A stretch of 64,000 nucleotides of DNA from Lama glama (Eukaryota), in contig CM052817.1 of assembly GCA_028534125.1 (NCBI GenBank), positions 41,542,001 to 41,606,000 on the forward strand, read 5' to 3'. Numbering within the stretch: position 1 is the first letter of the stretch; every line of letters starts with the position of its first letter. The notes under the pieces are model-generated. The model ran no database searches. It saw only the letters and a program-made list of their open reading frames with translations, and had not been told where the DNA came from. Shown one piece after another: positions 63,572-64,000 of the stretch. A program made the translations under genes and the position numbers.

Positions 63572-63779
63572 CAGTGGTTGTCAACTGGTGACAGTTTTGC
63601 CAACTGTGCAATATTTGACAGTGTCTGCAGACATTTTCTTCTGTCCCAATTGTGCTAGGATTGCTACTAGCTAGAGGCAAAAGATGTTGCTGTACATTCT
63701 ACAGTTCACAGAATATCCCTCCTACGATAAATAAGCATGTAGCCCAAGATGTGAATCGTGCTGATGTTGAGAAACCCTG
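63572..63779 (+). mobile_element. MER20 (hAT-Charlie)
   Basis: cagtggttgtcaactgg...gtctgcagacatttt...tagaggc...gatgttgct...gcccaagatgtgaatcgtgctgatgttgagaaaccctg. Confidence 0.8.
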
Positions 63780-64000
63780 GTCTGTACTAACTAAAGAGCT
63801 GGACAGGAGTCTCTCTGCTGCTTTGTCCTACCCTCCCCCAACTTTCTTTAAAAAATAATTTCACTATCTGTCCCAGTGAAGTATTTCTTGAAACATAAAG
63901 GAGAGCTGTTATGGCTGAAAAGACACAGGAGTCTTGGAGCTCCATTAGCTCTGCCTTCTACTGTCCTTTGAGATGGCCTTTAAGGCATTTAAGAATACTA

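Noticed and set aside
44435..64000. Exons of neighbouring genes (CFAP299 upstream, PRKG2 downstream in other mammals) or a novel gene
   Set aside because: No ORF here or in 1-7000 resembles a known protein by eye. Short or non-coding exons cannot be excluded without RNA data.

Overview
Mammalian genomic window containing the complete three-exon BMP3 gene (bone morphogenetic protein 3/osteogenin, TGF-beta superfamily) on the minus strand. The CDS is join(complement(34725..35049, 18473..19383, 10984..11175)), 1428 nt, 475 aa, with GT-AG introns of about 15.3 and 7.3 kb, a CpG-island promoter and a probable ~3.8 kb 3' UTR. Two tRNA-Ala-derived SINEs and an artiodactyl-type L1 3' end suggest a camelid genome (inference). 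The rest is intronic or intergenic DNA rich in L1, L2, MIR, MLT1, MER21 and Tigger/hAT MER elements and microsatellites, with an exactly 500-N assembly gap at 43935-44434. I found no evidence for a new gene or a new biological system. The most notable details are: an LTR carrying a periodic CCAAT/octamer array that points antisense toward the BMP3 3' end; a twin-primed (5'-inverted) L1; an old L1 whose target duplication overlaps the exon 2 branch-point region; two CTCF-like motifs; and an AUG-free 5' leader. Repeat family names were assigned by eye from remembered consensus sequences and need confirming with RepeatMasker/Dfam.
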